In this document: positions 11,247-20,760 of the stretch, in pieces
Layout: every line of letters starts with the position of its first letter
How positions within the stretch are numbered: the stretch's first letter is position 1
Source: a bacterium
Lineage (GTDB): Bacteria; SM23-31
Length of the DNA stretch: 64,000 nucleotides
Reading direction: 5' to 3'
NCBI GenBank assembly: GCA_965249485.1
Contig: OZ252239.1
Span: forward strand, 3,168,001 to 3,232,000
Position numbers and translations under genes: made by a program
The notes under the pieces: model-generated
Told to the model about the DNA's origin: nothing
Database searches by the model: none
What the model saw: the letters and a program-made list of their open reading frames with translations, nothing else

Positions 11247-11663
11247 ATGAATAAGTTTCTTTCTACAATCATATTCAGCATTGTGATGTTAATGACGTTT
11301 TCGTCATTTCGTTTTGCCGACGATATTTTTGAAAACTTCAGAATCGGTTTTGTTCCCATTGAAGACAAAATATTGCTGAGATGGAAAAGCATTGATGAAT
11401 CTGCCGTTGACCACTACCAAATAGTGAGAAGCATCGATAATATGACGTTTGGCCAGTTGGTAGCGTTGCAGCCGCAGGGAAACAATTTTGAATATGAGTT
11501 TATCGATGGCAACATTTTTAAAACATCTGCGCGAACATTTTATTATAAACTGCATATACAGCTAGATAACGGATCGTTTCAGGAGTCAAATGTTGTCTCT
11601 CTTGCACCCCGAATTTCAAGCACACGTCAAACTTGGGGAAGTATTAAGGCAATTTTCCAATAA
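11247..11663 (+). CDS. Secreted Fn3/Ig-like single-domain protein with C-terminal TWGSIKAIFQ tail
   Basis: Signal peptide; L.W....E.....Y.I.RS.D...F...YEF.D...YYKL pattern. Confidence 0.7.
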   Translation: MNKFLSTIIFSIVMLMTFSSFRFADDIFENFRIGFVPIEDKILLRWKSIDESAVDHYQIVRSIDNMTFGQLVALQPQGNNFEYEFIDGNIFKTSARTFYYKLHIQLDNGSFQESNVVSLAPRISSTRQTWGSIKAIFQ

Positions 11664-11758
11664 AGCTTCCGCTCTCTCCTCTCTGTATCATCAATAGTCT
11701 CAATAGCTGGAATGGGGTTTTCCTATGTTAAAACCCGACAACGATTAAGGTATAATTA

Positions 11759-12514
11759 ATGACTCATTTTACTATTGTAGCGCACCGTGGAGCTTCAGGC
11801 ATCACTCCGGAAAACACACTTACTTCTTTTCGTAAAGCCCTTGATTTTGGTGTGGATGCGATTGAAATTGATGTGCGTCAGACAGCCGACGGCAAGCTTA
11901 TTGTACTACACGATGACGATACGGGAAGAACTACGTCACAATCCGGTTCTGTTTCATCCATGTCCTATACAGAATTGCAAAAATTGGATGCCGGATCGTG
12001 GTTCGATTCATCATTTAAAAATGAACGTATTCCTCTCTTCTCCGATGTAATAGATCTTGTAAAAGGAAAAGCGGGTCTTATAATTGAAGTGAAGGACGGC
12101 TCTCAGATTTATCCTAACATTGAACAGAATATCGTTTCCCTCATTCAGTCACAGAAAATCAGTGATGACGTTGTTGTGTCATCATCACGAATAACTATAC
12201 TCAACAGCTTTAAGTCTATTGCCACCGAACTGCGGTTTGCAAAGATACTTACTCCCCGTGAATACTGGCGGTCGCTGTTTCAGCCGGGATCATATATCGT
12301 AAAGCAAAGCCTCGTAAAACACATCAAAGAACTTCATCCCCACTGGTCATTTGTCGATTCACAATTCATTGAGTGGGCCGATTCGATGAAATTAACTGTT
12401 CTGCCTTGGACAGTGAATAAAGAGCGGAAAATCCGGGCGATGCTCGACCGTGGAGTCGCGGGAGTCATTACCGATTTCCCCGACCGTGCACACAAGATCA
12501 GAAGTGCAGAGTGA
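11759..12514 (+). CDS. Glycerophosphodiester phosphodiesterase
   Basis: AHRGAS, PENT, EIDV, HD, WTVN, GVITDFP. Confidence 0.93.
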   Translation: MTHFTIVAHRGASGITPENTLTSFRKALDFGVDAIEIDVRQTADGKLIVLHDDDTGRTTSQSGSVSSMSYTELQKLDAGSWFDSSFKNERIPLFSDVIDLVKGKAGLIIEVKDGSQIYPNIEQNIVSLIQSQKISDDVVVSSSRITILNSFKSIATELRFAKILTPREYWRSLFQPGSYIVKQSLVKHIKELHPHWSFVDSQFIEWADSMKLTVLPWTVNKERKIRAMLDRGVAGVITDFPDRAHKIRSAE

Positions 12515-12595
12515 ATATGTTTCCGGAAACTGTTGGTTCGATTGAAACATTGTCTGAATACTACCCTATTCCAACTCCGGCTACATTTAATTGAT

Positions 12596-12627
12596 ATTCA
12601 TTACTTTTTTGAAAAAAAGTAATGAAT
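12596..12627. terminator. Perfect 15-bp inverted repeat between convergent genes, probable bidirectional terminator
   Basis: attcattactttttt-ga-aaaaaagtaatgaat. Confidence 0.5.
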
Positions 12628-12813
12628 CATCTGAATTCTGATTGTATTTTCGAGTCAGATTGAATGCTTTCATCGCACCAATAGATGGGCCAAGTATCGA
12701 TCCCAAATCTTCCATATAAAGACCGCCTAGTACCATGAATGTGCTTCCATGTTATTGTCCAGAACAATGATCTTGTTCATCTCCTGAATTACCGATTTAA
12801 ATGCGGATTAATC

Positions 12814-13617
12814 TTAAAAAAACGTCATCTTGATAAAGGCGACAAACAGGAGGATTCCAAAGAGTTGACGGATCCGTTTTGTGGAGATTCTGGAATTGAG
12901 CCAGGTGCCGAGCGGCACACCGGTAATGGCGCCGATCATGAGGGGAATTCCAGTTGAGAGATATACGTATCCCAGTGCATGTTCCGGTATTAGTGGATCA
13001 TTCCATCCATTGTAAACATACCCCATCACACCGGCAAGTGCAGTAAAGCAAATAATCCCGCTCGATGTTCCGGGTACTTTGTCAACCGGAAACCGGAGAA
13101 AGAATATCATGACCGGGATTGTTATTATTCCTCCGCCTACTCCGACCATGACAGCGAACATAGCGGATACGAATCCGGTCAGCAGTAGTGCGAGAACATT
13201 AAACACTGGAATTCTATCATCAGAGACATTAACCTTATAAAACATTCTTACCGATGCAACTAACGACACGACTCCGAACAGTCTGAGCAGTATGTCACTT
13301 GACAGGTGTGCCGCGAACGTTGTTCCAACCAAAGCGCCGACGAAACTGGCAGCTGCAATTGGGAATACACAACGCCACAAAACACATCCCCGCTGATGAT
13401 ACCGGAATGCACTGAAGAGTACAACAAAGCTTACGACAAACATGTTTGTGCCAAAGAGAACATGTGATAATATGGATGGGTCGATTCCGAGTTGCGGATA
13501 GAGTATAATAAGGATGGGTGTCATGATCAGTCCGCCACCAACTCCGAGGTGCGAACCGATTGAACCTCCTAAAAAACCTACAGCAATGAGAAGAAAAACG
13601 AAAGTAAGAGGGAGCAC
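12814..13617 (-). CDS. Sulfite exporter TauE/SafE family membrane protein
   Basis: Duplicated GVGGG motifs, many TM helices; GTG start at 13617 is more plausible than the ORF-track start. Confidence 0.88.
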   Translation of the reverse strand: MLPLTFVFLLIAVGFLGGSIGSHLGVGGGLIMTPILIILYPQLGIDPSILSHVLFGTNMFVVSFVVLFSAFRYHQRGCVLWRCVFPIAAASFVGALVGTTFAAHLSSDILLRLFGVVSLVASVRMFYKVNVSDDRIPVFNVLALLLTGFVSAMFAVMVGVGGGIITIPVMIFFLRFPVDKVPGTSSGIICFTALAGVMGYVYNGWNDPLIPEHALGYVYLSTGIPLMIGAITGVPLGTWLNSRISTKRIRQLFGILLFVAFIKMTFF

Positions 13618-13630
13618 AACTGCGGTAACC

Positions 13631-13895
13631 TTATACGCTGATGTTGATATTGTTTCCGATTGAACTCTGGACCTTAGTAGCACTCCGGCCTATTGCTTCG
13701 ATCGTGGGCTGTGATAAACGTTGTAAATTTTGAGTGAATTCTGAATAACTCACTTTTCCTGATAACCGGATCCCCCGAACTCCCGGAGAACGGTCAGGCG
13801 CGCGCGGGACGGACCGGACGTCCATTTCCAACGAAGCGTAATGGACCGAAACTAATGTTTTGCGATACGGCTGTAATTTTTGCGGAGATTGGCAT
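13631..13895 (-). CDS. Small hypothetical protein (~88 aa if the frameshift at the (GC)n run is repaired); paralog of 47159-47398
   Basis: ATG at 13895 follows a sigma70 promoter; MPISAK...GNGRPVRP joins ...IGRSATKVQSSIGNNINISV after adding one GC unit. Confidence 0.55.
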
Positions 13896-13924
13896 GATGG
13901 GTGTTTTTGTAGATGTTTTTAACC

Positions 13925-13953
13925 AATATAATCGTATTCTGTTCGTTTGTCAA
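13925..13953 (-). promoter_or_regulatory. sigma70-type promoter
   Basis: TTGACA-N17-TATATT. Confidence 0.7.
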
Positions 13954-13977
13954 GTGAAATACGTGAATTGAAACGAT

Positions 13978-14529
13978 TTACAGCACATCAGATTCCTTGA
14001 AAATTTCTGCGGAAAATATCTGTATTTTTGTGTTTTTGTCTTTCCATGCGTCTTCAGACAGTCCTGCTTTCAGACAGGTATAATTCAAAAAAGATTCCCT
14101 GTTCCACTCGTTCTCAGTTGCAACTTGAGGCAGCAGTAATCCTTGATGAGGCGGCTGCTGAATGAAGAGTCCGTGTGTTCCGATTACAATTTCAGAAATA
14201 TCTGAAATTGTTTTAAATGGCGTTAACACCGATATTTCAATATCAATTTCATTGAACTCATCCGCAGTAAGAGGTGCAAACCGGTAATCACGTGAAGCAG
14301 CACTTTTCGTCATCTCAGAAATTGTTTCATATAGAGGACGATCGGATATGATAAGACCTATACATCCGCGCAGATTACCTTTATTGCGCAGCGTTACAAA
14401 TGCACCACTCTGCATTGAAAGTGCTTCTGAGGTGATCGAAATATCAGCGGCATCCTGAATTCCCAGAAGCTCCGACAGAGCATTACGGGCAATGTGAAAC
14501 ATTGCCTTTTTATCGTCAAGGGAAAACAC
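13978..14529 (-). CDS. AmmeMemoRadiSam system protein A (AMMECR1 domain)
   Basis: GAFVTL, LRGCIG, DYRF, EISVLTP, GLLLPQVA, CLKAGL. Confidence 0.93.
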   Translation of the reverse strand: MFSLDDKKAMFHIARNALSELLGIQDAADISITSEALSMQSGAFVTLRNKGNLRGCIGLIISDRPLYETISEMTKSAASRDYRFAPLTADEFNEIDIEISVLTPFKTISDISEIVIGTHGLFIQQPPHQGLLLPQVATENEWNRESFLNYTCLKAGLSEDAWKDKNTKIQIFSAEIFKESDVL

Positions 14530-14583
14530 GAATCAGACCGTTCGTTAGATGTGTTTTACACTGAGAAGAATATTTCACCGATA

Positions 14584-14988
14584 TTAACTGTCTGAACTAT
14601 CTTCATCTTCAGATTCTCCAATAAGTTCTTCAATCTCTTCTATCATCCGGTTGATTTTAATCGGTTTTGCCATAAATATTCTAACCCCAAGCTGATAGAG
14701 CTCTTTAACCCTGATCTCACTGAGACTGCCGGACATCATAATGACAGGAATTTCACTCGCATTTAATTGAACGATTTTGAGAAATTCGAATCCATTCATT
14801 ACCGGCATTTGATAATCGGTAATAATCAATTCAATTTCATCTCTGTATTCATCAATCAACTTTAACGCTTGCTCAGGATGACCGGAAAGAAGACAATTAT
14901 ATCTTTTCTCAAGTTTTTTGAGCAAGAGCAGCCGAATTGGCTTTGTGTCATCTAAAATGAGTATAGTTTTTTTCTTTTTTTCGTCCAC
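14584..14988 (-). CDS. Single-domain (CheY-like) response regulator
   Basis: ILILDD, ITDYQMPVMNG, MMSG, AKP; start uncertain (GTG 14988 or TTG 15015). Confidence 0.9.
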   Translation of the reverse strand: MDEKKKKTILILDDTKPIRLLLLKKLEKRYNCLLSGHPEQALKLIDEYRDEIELIITDYQMPVMNGFEFLKIVQLNASEIPVIMMSGSLSEIRVKELYQLGVRIFMAKPIKINRMIEEIEELIGESEDEDSSDS

Positions 14989-15214
14989 AGTAATTTGCTT
15001 TTTCCAAGTAGGCAATGTCAGAATTGCATAACCTTATAAAAGATAAAAAGCATAGCAGGAAAAACAAAGAGAAAAGTTTCAAACCGTTGCTAAAGTAAGA
15101 ATATATGTCGAAAAATTAACTTTTTACTTTCATTTTGGACATGTATGCATTATATTGTCGCGCAGGTAATAGCCTTTGTATAAAAATATTTTCTAACAAC
15201 TCAAGGAAAGTATT

Positions 15215-15520
15215 ATGGCTGAACCCCTTGAACAAAGTGAAATTGATGATCTCTTAAATAGCGCCGGTGACTTTGATGATCCGGATATTGACGATTTGGG
15301 TACTGACGATTTGGATGAAAGTACCCCGCATAGAAAAATTGCAAACTTTAGAACCCCCGAAGAAAAACCGTTCAGGTTCAAATTCAGATATAAATCCCCG
15401 ATTGTCAAAAGCAACAGCTACCTCTTAAATCCTGATGAAGAAAACGATCCGGAATCTTCACAACCGGTTGTGCGCACTCTCAGTAATTACGCATACAATA
15501 AAAGAGCCCAAGACGATTAA
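15215..15520 (+). CDS. Small acidic protein with FliM N-terminal-like peptide
   Basis: AAGGA RBS; MAEPLEQSEIDDLL resembles FliM LSQxEIDALL. Confidence 0.7.
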   Translation: MAEPLEQSEIDDLLNSAGDFDDPDIDDLGTDDLDESTPHRKIANFRTPEEKPFRFKFRYKSPIVKSNSYLLNPDEENDPESSQPVVRTLSNYAYNKRAQDD

Positions 15521-15618
15521 GTACTAACTTTGTTGAATCCTCTACCGCTATATTACTTCTCTATTCTTTCCTGATACGCATGAACACTGTGTACTTCATT
15601 ATGAGGTAATAGTGTGCT

Positions 15619-16446
15619 TTAAAGTGAATTCTGCTTAAAGACAAGTTCCTGTGCGCGTCCGGCTGCTTTTATGACTGCTTTAATAAGTGTCACACGCAAT
15701 TTTCCTTCTTCGAGCTCCATCAGGCCGTCAATTGTACAGCCGGCAGGTGTTGTCACTTCATCTTTGAGAAGAGCAGGATGAGCTTTTGAATCGATTACTA
15801 ATTGGGCAGTGCCAAGCATTGTCTGTGCAACTAATTGAGTAGAAACATTTCGAGGGATTCCCAGCTTCACACCTGCTTCAGCGAGTGACTCAATTACTAC
15901 GTAAAGAAATGCAGGACCACTTGCCGATAATCCTGTTGCTCCATCCATGAGATGCTCATCGAGGACGGCCGTTTCACCTACTGATTGAAAAATGCTTTCC
16001 GCTATTTTTAAGTGCTTTTCTTTTGCATATTTTCCAGGAGATATTGCTGTCATGCCCTTATTAATCGCACTTGCAATATTGGGCATTGCCCGTATCACAG
16101 GATTCTTGCCATGTAACCTCTCTTCAACAAATCCGCAGGTAACTGAAGCAGCAACAGAAATAATAAGCTGATCCGGTGTCAGAGAATCAGAAAATCCCTT
16201 TAAGACTTTTTCCATATTCTGAGGTTTTACTGCAACAATAATAATATCACAACCTTTAACAAGCTTTTTATTATCGAGTGAAACATCAATATTTATCCGC
16301 TCACGTACCCGTGCAATAGATTTTCTATGAGCAACGGTACCTGCAATTTTGACACCTTTAAATGCCTTTTGCTTAACCATGCCTTTGATCAATGCTTCAC
16401 CCATCTTCCCTACTCCGACTACTGCAAGCTTTTTCCCTTTAAGCAT
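15619..16446 (-). CDS. proC: Pyrroline-5-carboxylate reductase
   Basis: GVGKMG, AVKPQ, RAMPN, SGPAF, VTTPAGCT. Confidence 0.95.
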   Translation of the reverse strand: MLKGKKLAVVGVGKMGEALIKGMVKQKAFKGVKIAGTVAHRKSIARVRERINIDVSLDNKKLVKGCDIIIVAVKPQNMEKVLKGFSDSLTPDQLIISVAASVTCGFVEERLHGKNPVIRAMPNIASAINKGMTAISPGKYAKEKHLKIAESIFQSVGETAVLDEHLMDGATGLSASGPAFLYVVIESLAEAGVKLGIPRNVSTQLVAQTMLGTAQLVIDSKAHPALLKDEVTTPAGCTIDGLMELEEGKLRVTLIKAVIKAAGRAQELVFKQNSL

Positions 16447-16574
16447 TACGAAACTCCTTATCTGATGCTGCCTCTACATGATCAACATCTCTACTATATT
16501 TATATAATATTATTTTATTTCATTATTATAGAACATCTGTTATTTGATACTAACGTATGCTCTCTATATCACTA

Positions 16575-17624
16575 TTAAATAAATCCTTTTGTTTTCAGTA
16601 GTTCTGCGTTTAAAATCGCTGCACCTGCGGCACCACGAATGGTGTTGTGTCCCAATATGACAAATTTATAATCCAGAAGCGGACACGGTCGAATCCTACC
16701 GACAACGGAAACCATACCGTTTCCGAGATAACGATCGAGACGGGGCTGAGGTCGGTCGGCATAGAGAAGTAAGATAACCGGCTTGTCCGGTGCAGACGGA
16801 AGGTTCATATTCAGAAGCGGAGATGTATATTGAGAAAACGTATCTATTACCTCATTCTCAGCAGGTGATCTTCTCAACTTAACCGATACAGCAATCGTAT
16901 GACCATCACTTACATTTACTCGTGTACATTGAGCACTTATTCCGATATCTGCGGGATGAATAGCAGCATCCTTGAATAATCCGAATATTTTCTGCGGTTC
17001 TGATTCAACTTTGTCTTCTTCATTACCAATGTACGGGATCACGTTATCTATAATATCCATTGAAGACACGCCTGACTGACCGGCACCTGACAGTGCTTGT
17101 AGCGATGTGCTTTGAATCTTTTCAATCCCGAATGCCTGTTCGATCGGAGCCAATCCCAGCACCAGGGTGATGGTTGTACAGTTTGGGTTTGTTGCAATAA
17201 ATCCTTTTTCATAATTTCGCCGTTTTCGCTGATAATGGATTATATCACAGTGATCCGCATTGATTTCCGGTACCAGAAGAGGCACATCCTGAACCATTCT
17301 GAAATTGCTTGAGTTACTAATGACCGGATATCCGGCTTTTGCAAATGTCTCTTCTACTTCACCTGCCATGCTTGAGGGAAGGCTGGAAAAAACAAAATCA
17401 CAATCCAACTCTGGTTCGACAGGATTGACTTTCAAATTTTTCAATCTTTCCGGCATAAGCGTGGATAATCGCCAGAGACACGCTTCTTCATAGACTTTGC
17501 CGACCGATCTGTCTGATGCGGCTAATGTGGTAATTTCAAACCATGGATGATTTTCCAATAATTGGGCAAACCGCTGCCCAACAAGGCCGGTGGCACCAAG
17601 GATGCCAACTTTTATTTTATCCAT
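16575..17624 (-). CDS. asd: Aspartate-semialdehyde dehydrogenase
   Basis: [29 protein letters not shown]. Confidence 0.96.
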   Translation of the reverse strand: MDKIKVGILGATGLVGQRFAQLLENHPWFEITTLAASDRSVGKVYEEACLWRLSTLMPERLKNLKVNPVEPELDCDFVFSSLPSSMAGEVEETFAKAGYPVISNSSNFRMVQDVPLLVPEINADHCDIIHYQRKRRNYEKGFIATNPNCTTITLVLGLAPIEQAFGIEKIQSTSLQALSGAGQSGVSSMDIIDNVIPYIGNEEDKVESEPQKIFGLFKDAAIHPADIGISAQCTRVNVSDGHTIAVSVKLRRSPAENEVIDTFSQYTSPLLNMNLPSAPDKPVILLLYADRPQPRLDRYLGNGMVSVVGRIRPCPLLDYKFVILGHNTIRGAAGAAILNAELLKTKGFI

Positions 17625-18853
17625 TATAACATTCGACGATTAAGTTTATCAAGTTTAAATGCTTTATGCAATTCAACGATCGCAGTATCAGCATGTTCTT
17701 TCTCTATAACACAGGCTACGCGAATATGTGATGAACTGATAAGATCAATATTGATCTTATTTTTCGCCAATGTTCTGAACATCTTTGCAGCAACACCTGA
17801 TGTACTTGCTATACCTGAGCCGACAATTGAAACTTCAGCCATATCTGCAACACTGGAAACACGACCGGCATTAATTTTTCCTGAGAGATCTTCCAGGGTT
17901 TTGACGACTTTATCTTTATCGTCTCTCGAAACAAGCATTGCGATATCTGAAAACTTTCCGTCGCTCACACCCTGTATAATAAGTTGAATATTTACTTCGG
18001 ATCGGGAAATTTCTCCGAAAATTTTACCTGCGATTCCCGGTGAATCGGGAACCTGATGGATTGTGACTTTAGCAATTTCTTTATCTGCTGTCACACCGGT
18101 TATAGTTGCCGCCTCTAACATGTTACCTTCAATTATGGTTGTCCCTGTACCGGGAGAATGTGCTGGTTTTACTATCATCGGAATGCCGAACTTCATAACA
18201 ATTTCTACTGAGCGCGGATGGAGTACCTGCGCTCCACTCCCTGCGAGTTCCAGCATTTCTTCATACGAGATGCAGTCGAGCTTCACTGCATCCGGCACCA
18301 TTTTGGGGTTTGCCGTATATACCCCATCGACATCTGTGTAAATTTCGCAGCATTCGGCTTGAAGCGCTGCTGCCAATGCAGCACCCGTTGTGTCGGATCC
18401 TCCTCGTCCCAGTGTTGTGATTTCAGCACCTCGGCCAACACCCTGAAATCCGGCAACAATGACAATATACGAGTCATTCAATAAGTTAAGAATACGGTCA
18501 ACATTGATTTTCTTTATCTTAGCTCTGTTGTGCTGGTTATCTGTAATAATTCCGCTTTGCATACCGGTCAATGACATTGCGCGACCGCCTATATCCTGAA
18601 TTGCCATGGACAGCAGGGCTATTGAAACTTGTTCACCGGTAGAAAGAAGCATGTCTACTTCCCGTTGTGGCGGATTACTAGTAATCTCTGCAGCAAGTTC
18701 CACGAGCTTGTCGGTTGTATCGCCAACTGCAGACACAACAACCGCAATGGCTTTCCCCGTTTTCTGCCGATCGATAAGATTTCGGGCAATATTTTTTATC
18801 TTATCAGGAGTACTGAGTGAAGTACCTCCATATTTTTGAACTACTATCTCCAC
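17624..18853 (-). CDS. lysC: Aspartate kinase
   Basis: VQKYGGTS, TTLGRGGSDT, DVDGVYTANP, two ACT domains. Confidence 0.96.
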   Translation of the reverse strand: MEIVVQKYGGTSLSTPDKIKNIARNLIDRQKTGKAIAVVVSAVGDTTDKLVELAAEITSNPPQREVDMLLSTGEQVSIALLSMAIQDIGGRAMSLTGMQSGIITDNQHNRAKIKKINVDRILNLLNDSYIVIVAGFQGVGRGAEITTLGRGGSDTTGAALAAALQAECCEIYTDVDGVYTANPKMVPDAVKLDCISYEEMLELAGSGAQVLHPRSVEIVMKFGIPMIVKPAHSPGTGTTIIEGNMLEAATITGVTADKEIAKVTIHQVPDSPGIAGKIFGEISRSEVNIQLIIQGVSDGKFSDIAMLVSRDDKDKVVKTLEDLSGKINAGRVSSVADMAEVSIVGSGIASTSGVAAKMFRTLAKNKINIDLISSSHIRVACVIEKEHADTAIVELHKAFKLDKLNRRML

Positions 18854-18953
18854 CGTCTTATCCGTTCATCACATTTATTTATTTCATATTCTCGGTTTTC
18901 ACATCACTATCAATCGACATCAATACAACGACAATGTAGAAAAACAACTCCTT

Positions 18954-19229
18954 TTATCCGCCTGCAATAGCTGGTATTATCGACAAAGTATCACCATCCG
19001 AAACCGGAGTGTCTTTTCCGTTTTTAAATCGAACGTCCTCATCGTTTAAATAGAGATTAACAAATCTTCTGATTTCTCCTTTTTCATCGCAGAGACGGTC
19101 ACCAAACTCAGGAAATAACTGACGAAGATTGCCTATCACATCGCCAACGGTTTTGCCCTGAGCCTCTACAGATTTGTTATTCTCGGTGAGTTTTCTCATA
19201 GGCGTCGGAATTCTAACGGTTACTGCCAT
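18954..19229 (-). CDS. MoaD/ThiS family ubiquitin-like sulfur carrier (CysO-like)
   Basis: VRIPTPMR, FVNLYLNDEDVR, C-terminal IAGG. Confidence 0.93.
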   Translation of the reverse strand: MAVTVRIPTPMRKLTENNKSVEAQGKTVGDVIGNLRQLFPEFGDRLCDEKGEIRRFVNLYLNDEDVRFKNGKDTPVSDGDTLSIIPAIAGG

Positions 19230-19240
19230 ATATATTCTCC

Positions 19241-20491
19241 TTAGTTCGCTCCGTTAATACTTAAAAATTGTTCGAAATCGTCAAGATTCTGCTTAATTCT
19301 CTGTAATGAGTGATTTTCACTTCTCAACGTTGATAATGTTTTCATTCCGCTGCCGGTAATGCAGAGAACTACCGAATCATTATGCGAAATTTTCCGGAGA
19401 TCGCGCAGCCGTTTGGCCGTGCTCACAACAACGCCGCCTGCCGGCTCCGACAATATCCCTTCACATTCCGCAAGTAGTTTTACTCCATTCATTACTTCAT
19501 CATCATCCGGATTCTCACCCCATCCTCCGGAATCTCTGATAGTCTTCAACGCATAATAACCGTCTCCCGGATCACCGACAGCAAGAGATGTAACGATTGT
19601 GTCTGGTTTCTCCACCGGAGTAACGGAATCGGCACTATTCTTCAGTGCATCTATAACCGGAGAACATCCTTGAGGCTGTGCTCCGTGAATTTTAATGTGG
19701 TTTTCCTCTACAAATCCAAGCGTTTTCAATTCTTCGAAAGCTTTGTGTAATTTCACAAGCAGTGCGCCGCTCGCGATTGGCACGATGACATGGCCTGGAA
19801 GTTTCCAACCGAGCTGCTCTGCGATTTCATAACCGATTGTTTTTGAACCTTCAGTATAGAAGGGGCGAAAATTGATATTCACAAATACCCATTCATACTG
19901 ATCAACAATTTCAGAACAGAGTCTATTGACGTCATCATACGTACCATCAACAGCTACAATGCTCGAGTTGTAAAAGTTTAATAGACTATCACTATCCCCA
20001 ATATAATCACCTGGGACAAAAACAAAACTGTTCATTCCACACACCGCGCCATACGCTGCAACTGAATGAGCAAGGCTACCTGTGCTGGAACAGGCTATCG
20101 TTTGATACCCAAACTCCTTTGCACTTTCAATCGCTGTTCCGACAACTCTGTCTTTAAACGAATGCGAATAGCAATTCACCGTATCGTTCTTAATCCATAC
20201 TTCTTTTATGCCCAGTTTATGCGCCAGGCGATCCGCATTTACAAGCGGTGTATATCCTACCGGCAACTCATAAACCGGTTCGGATACAGGCAACAATTCC
20301 CTGAAACGCCACATCGTAGGCTGCCGCTCTGAAATCTTTTCTTGGGTAATAGACGATTTGATTTTATCGTAATCATAGGCAATCTCAAGCGGCCCAAAAC
20401 AATACTCACAAAAATAAGCCGGTTGTTTTGGATAGCGATGACCGCATTCAATGCAACGCAAACCCTCACAATAAGAATCTTTATTAGCCAT
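19241..20491 (-). CDS. thrC: Threonine synthase-like PLP enzyme
   Basis: CxxC...CxxC N-terminus, SFKDR PLP lysine, EGSKT, ITGSGMK; substrate not certain. Confidence 0.8.
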   Translation of the reverse strand: MANKDSYCEGLRCIECGHRYPKQPAYFCEYCFGPLEIAYDYDKIKSSITQEKISERQPTMWRFRELLPVSEPVYELPVGYTPLVNADRLAHKLGIKEVWIKNDTVNCYSHSFKDRVVGTAIESAKEFGYQTIACSSTGSLAHSVAAYGAVCGMNSFVFVPGDYIGDSDSLLNFYNSSIVAVDGTYDDVNRLCSEIVDQYEWVFVNINFRPFYTEGSKTIGYEIAEQLGWKLPGHVIVPIASGALLVKLHKAFEELKTLGFVEENHIKIHGAQPQGCSPVIDALKNSADSVTPVEKPDTIVTSLAVGDPGDGYYALKTIRDSGGWGENPDDDEVMNGVKLLAECEGILSEPAGGVVVSTAKRLRDLRKISHNDSVVLCITGSGMKTLSTLRSENHSLQRIKQNLDDFEQFLSINGAN

Positions 20492-20760
20492 ATAAATATA
20501 TGCACAAAACTCGCTCGGTTTTAGAAAAACACGGCAGTTCCGCACACGAAAACCAGTTTAATTTCTGATATGAAAATTTAAACTTATAAAATTACAAAAA
20601 TATAGAGATAATGTCAAGATGGATATAATGGAAATGAGGATGTTAGTGATATACAATTCAACAGCCTGAATCTGCTGATATGGACTTCGGATTGCAAGGA
20701 ATACACCGTGCAATTAAGGATTGGAGGTATGAAATTCACTTCTCAGATGTCCAATGTAAG

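Noticed and set aside
12515..12810. Possible gene remnant or short ORFs between glpQ-like and TauE genes
   Set aside because: Fragments are short, interrupted and not assignable to a family by eye
13755..13850. GC-rich hairpin stretch as tRNA-Sec, SRP, 6S or riboswitch
   Set aside because: No UCA anticodon arm, T-loop or recognisable consensus; better explained as coding sequence of the frameshifted small protein
15090..15115. sigma28 promoter upstream of the FliM-N-like gene (TAAA...GTCGAAAA)
   Set aside because: Spacer is 12 nt rather than about 15
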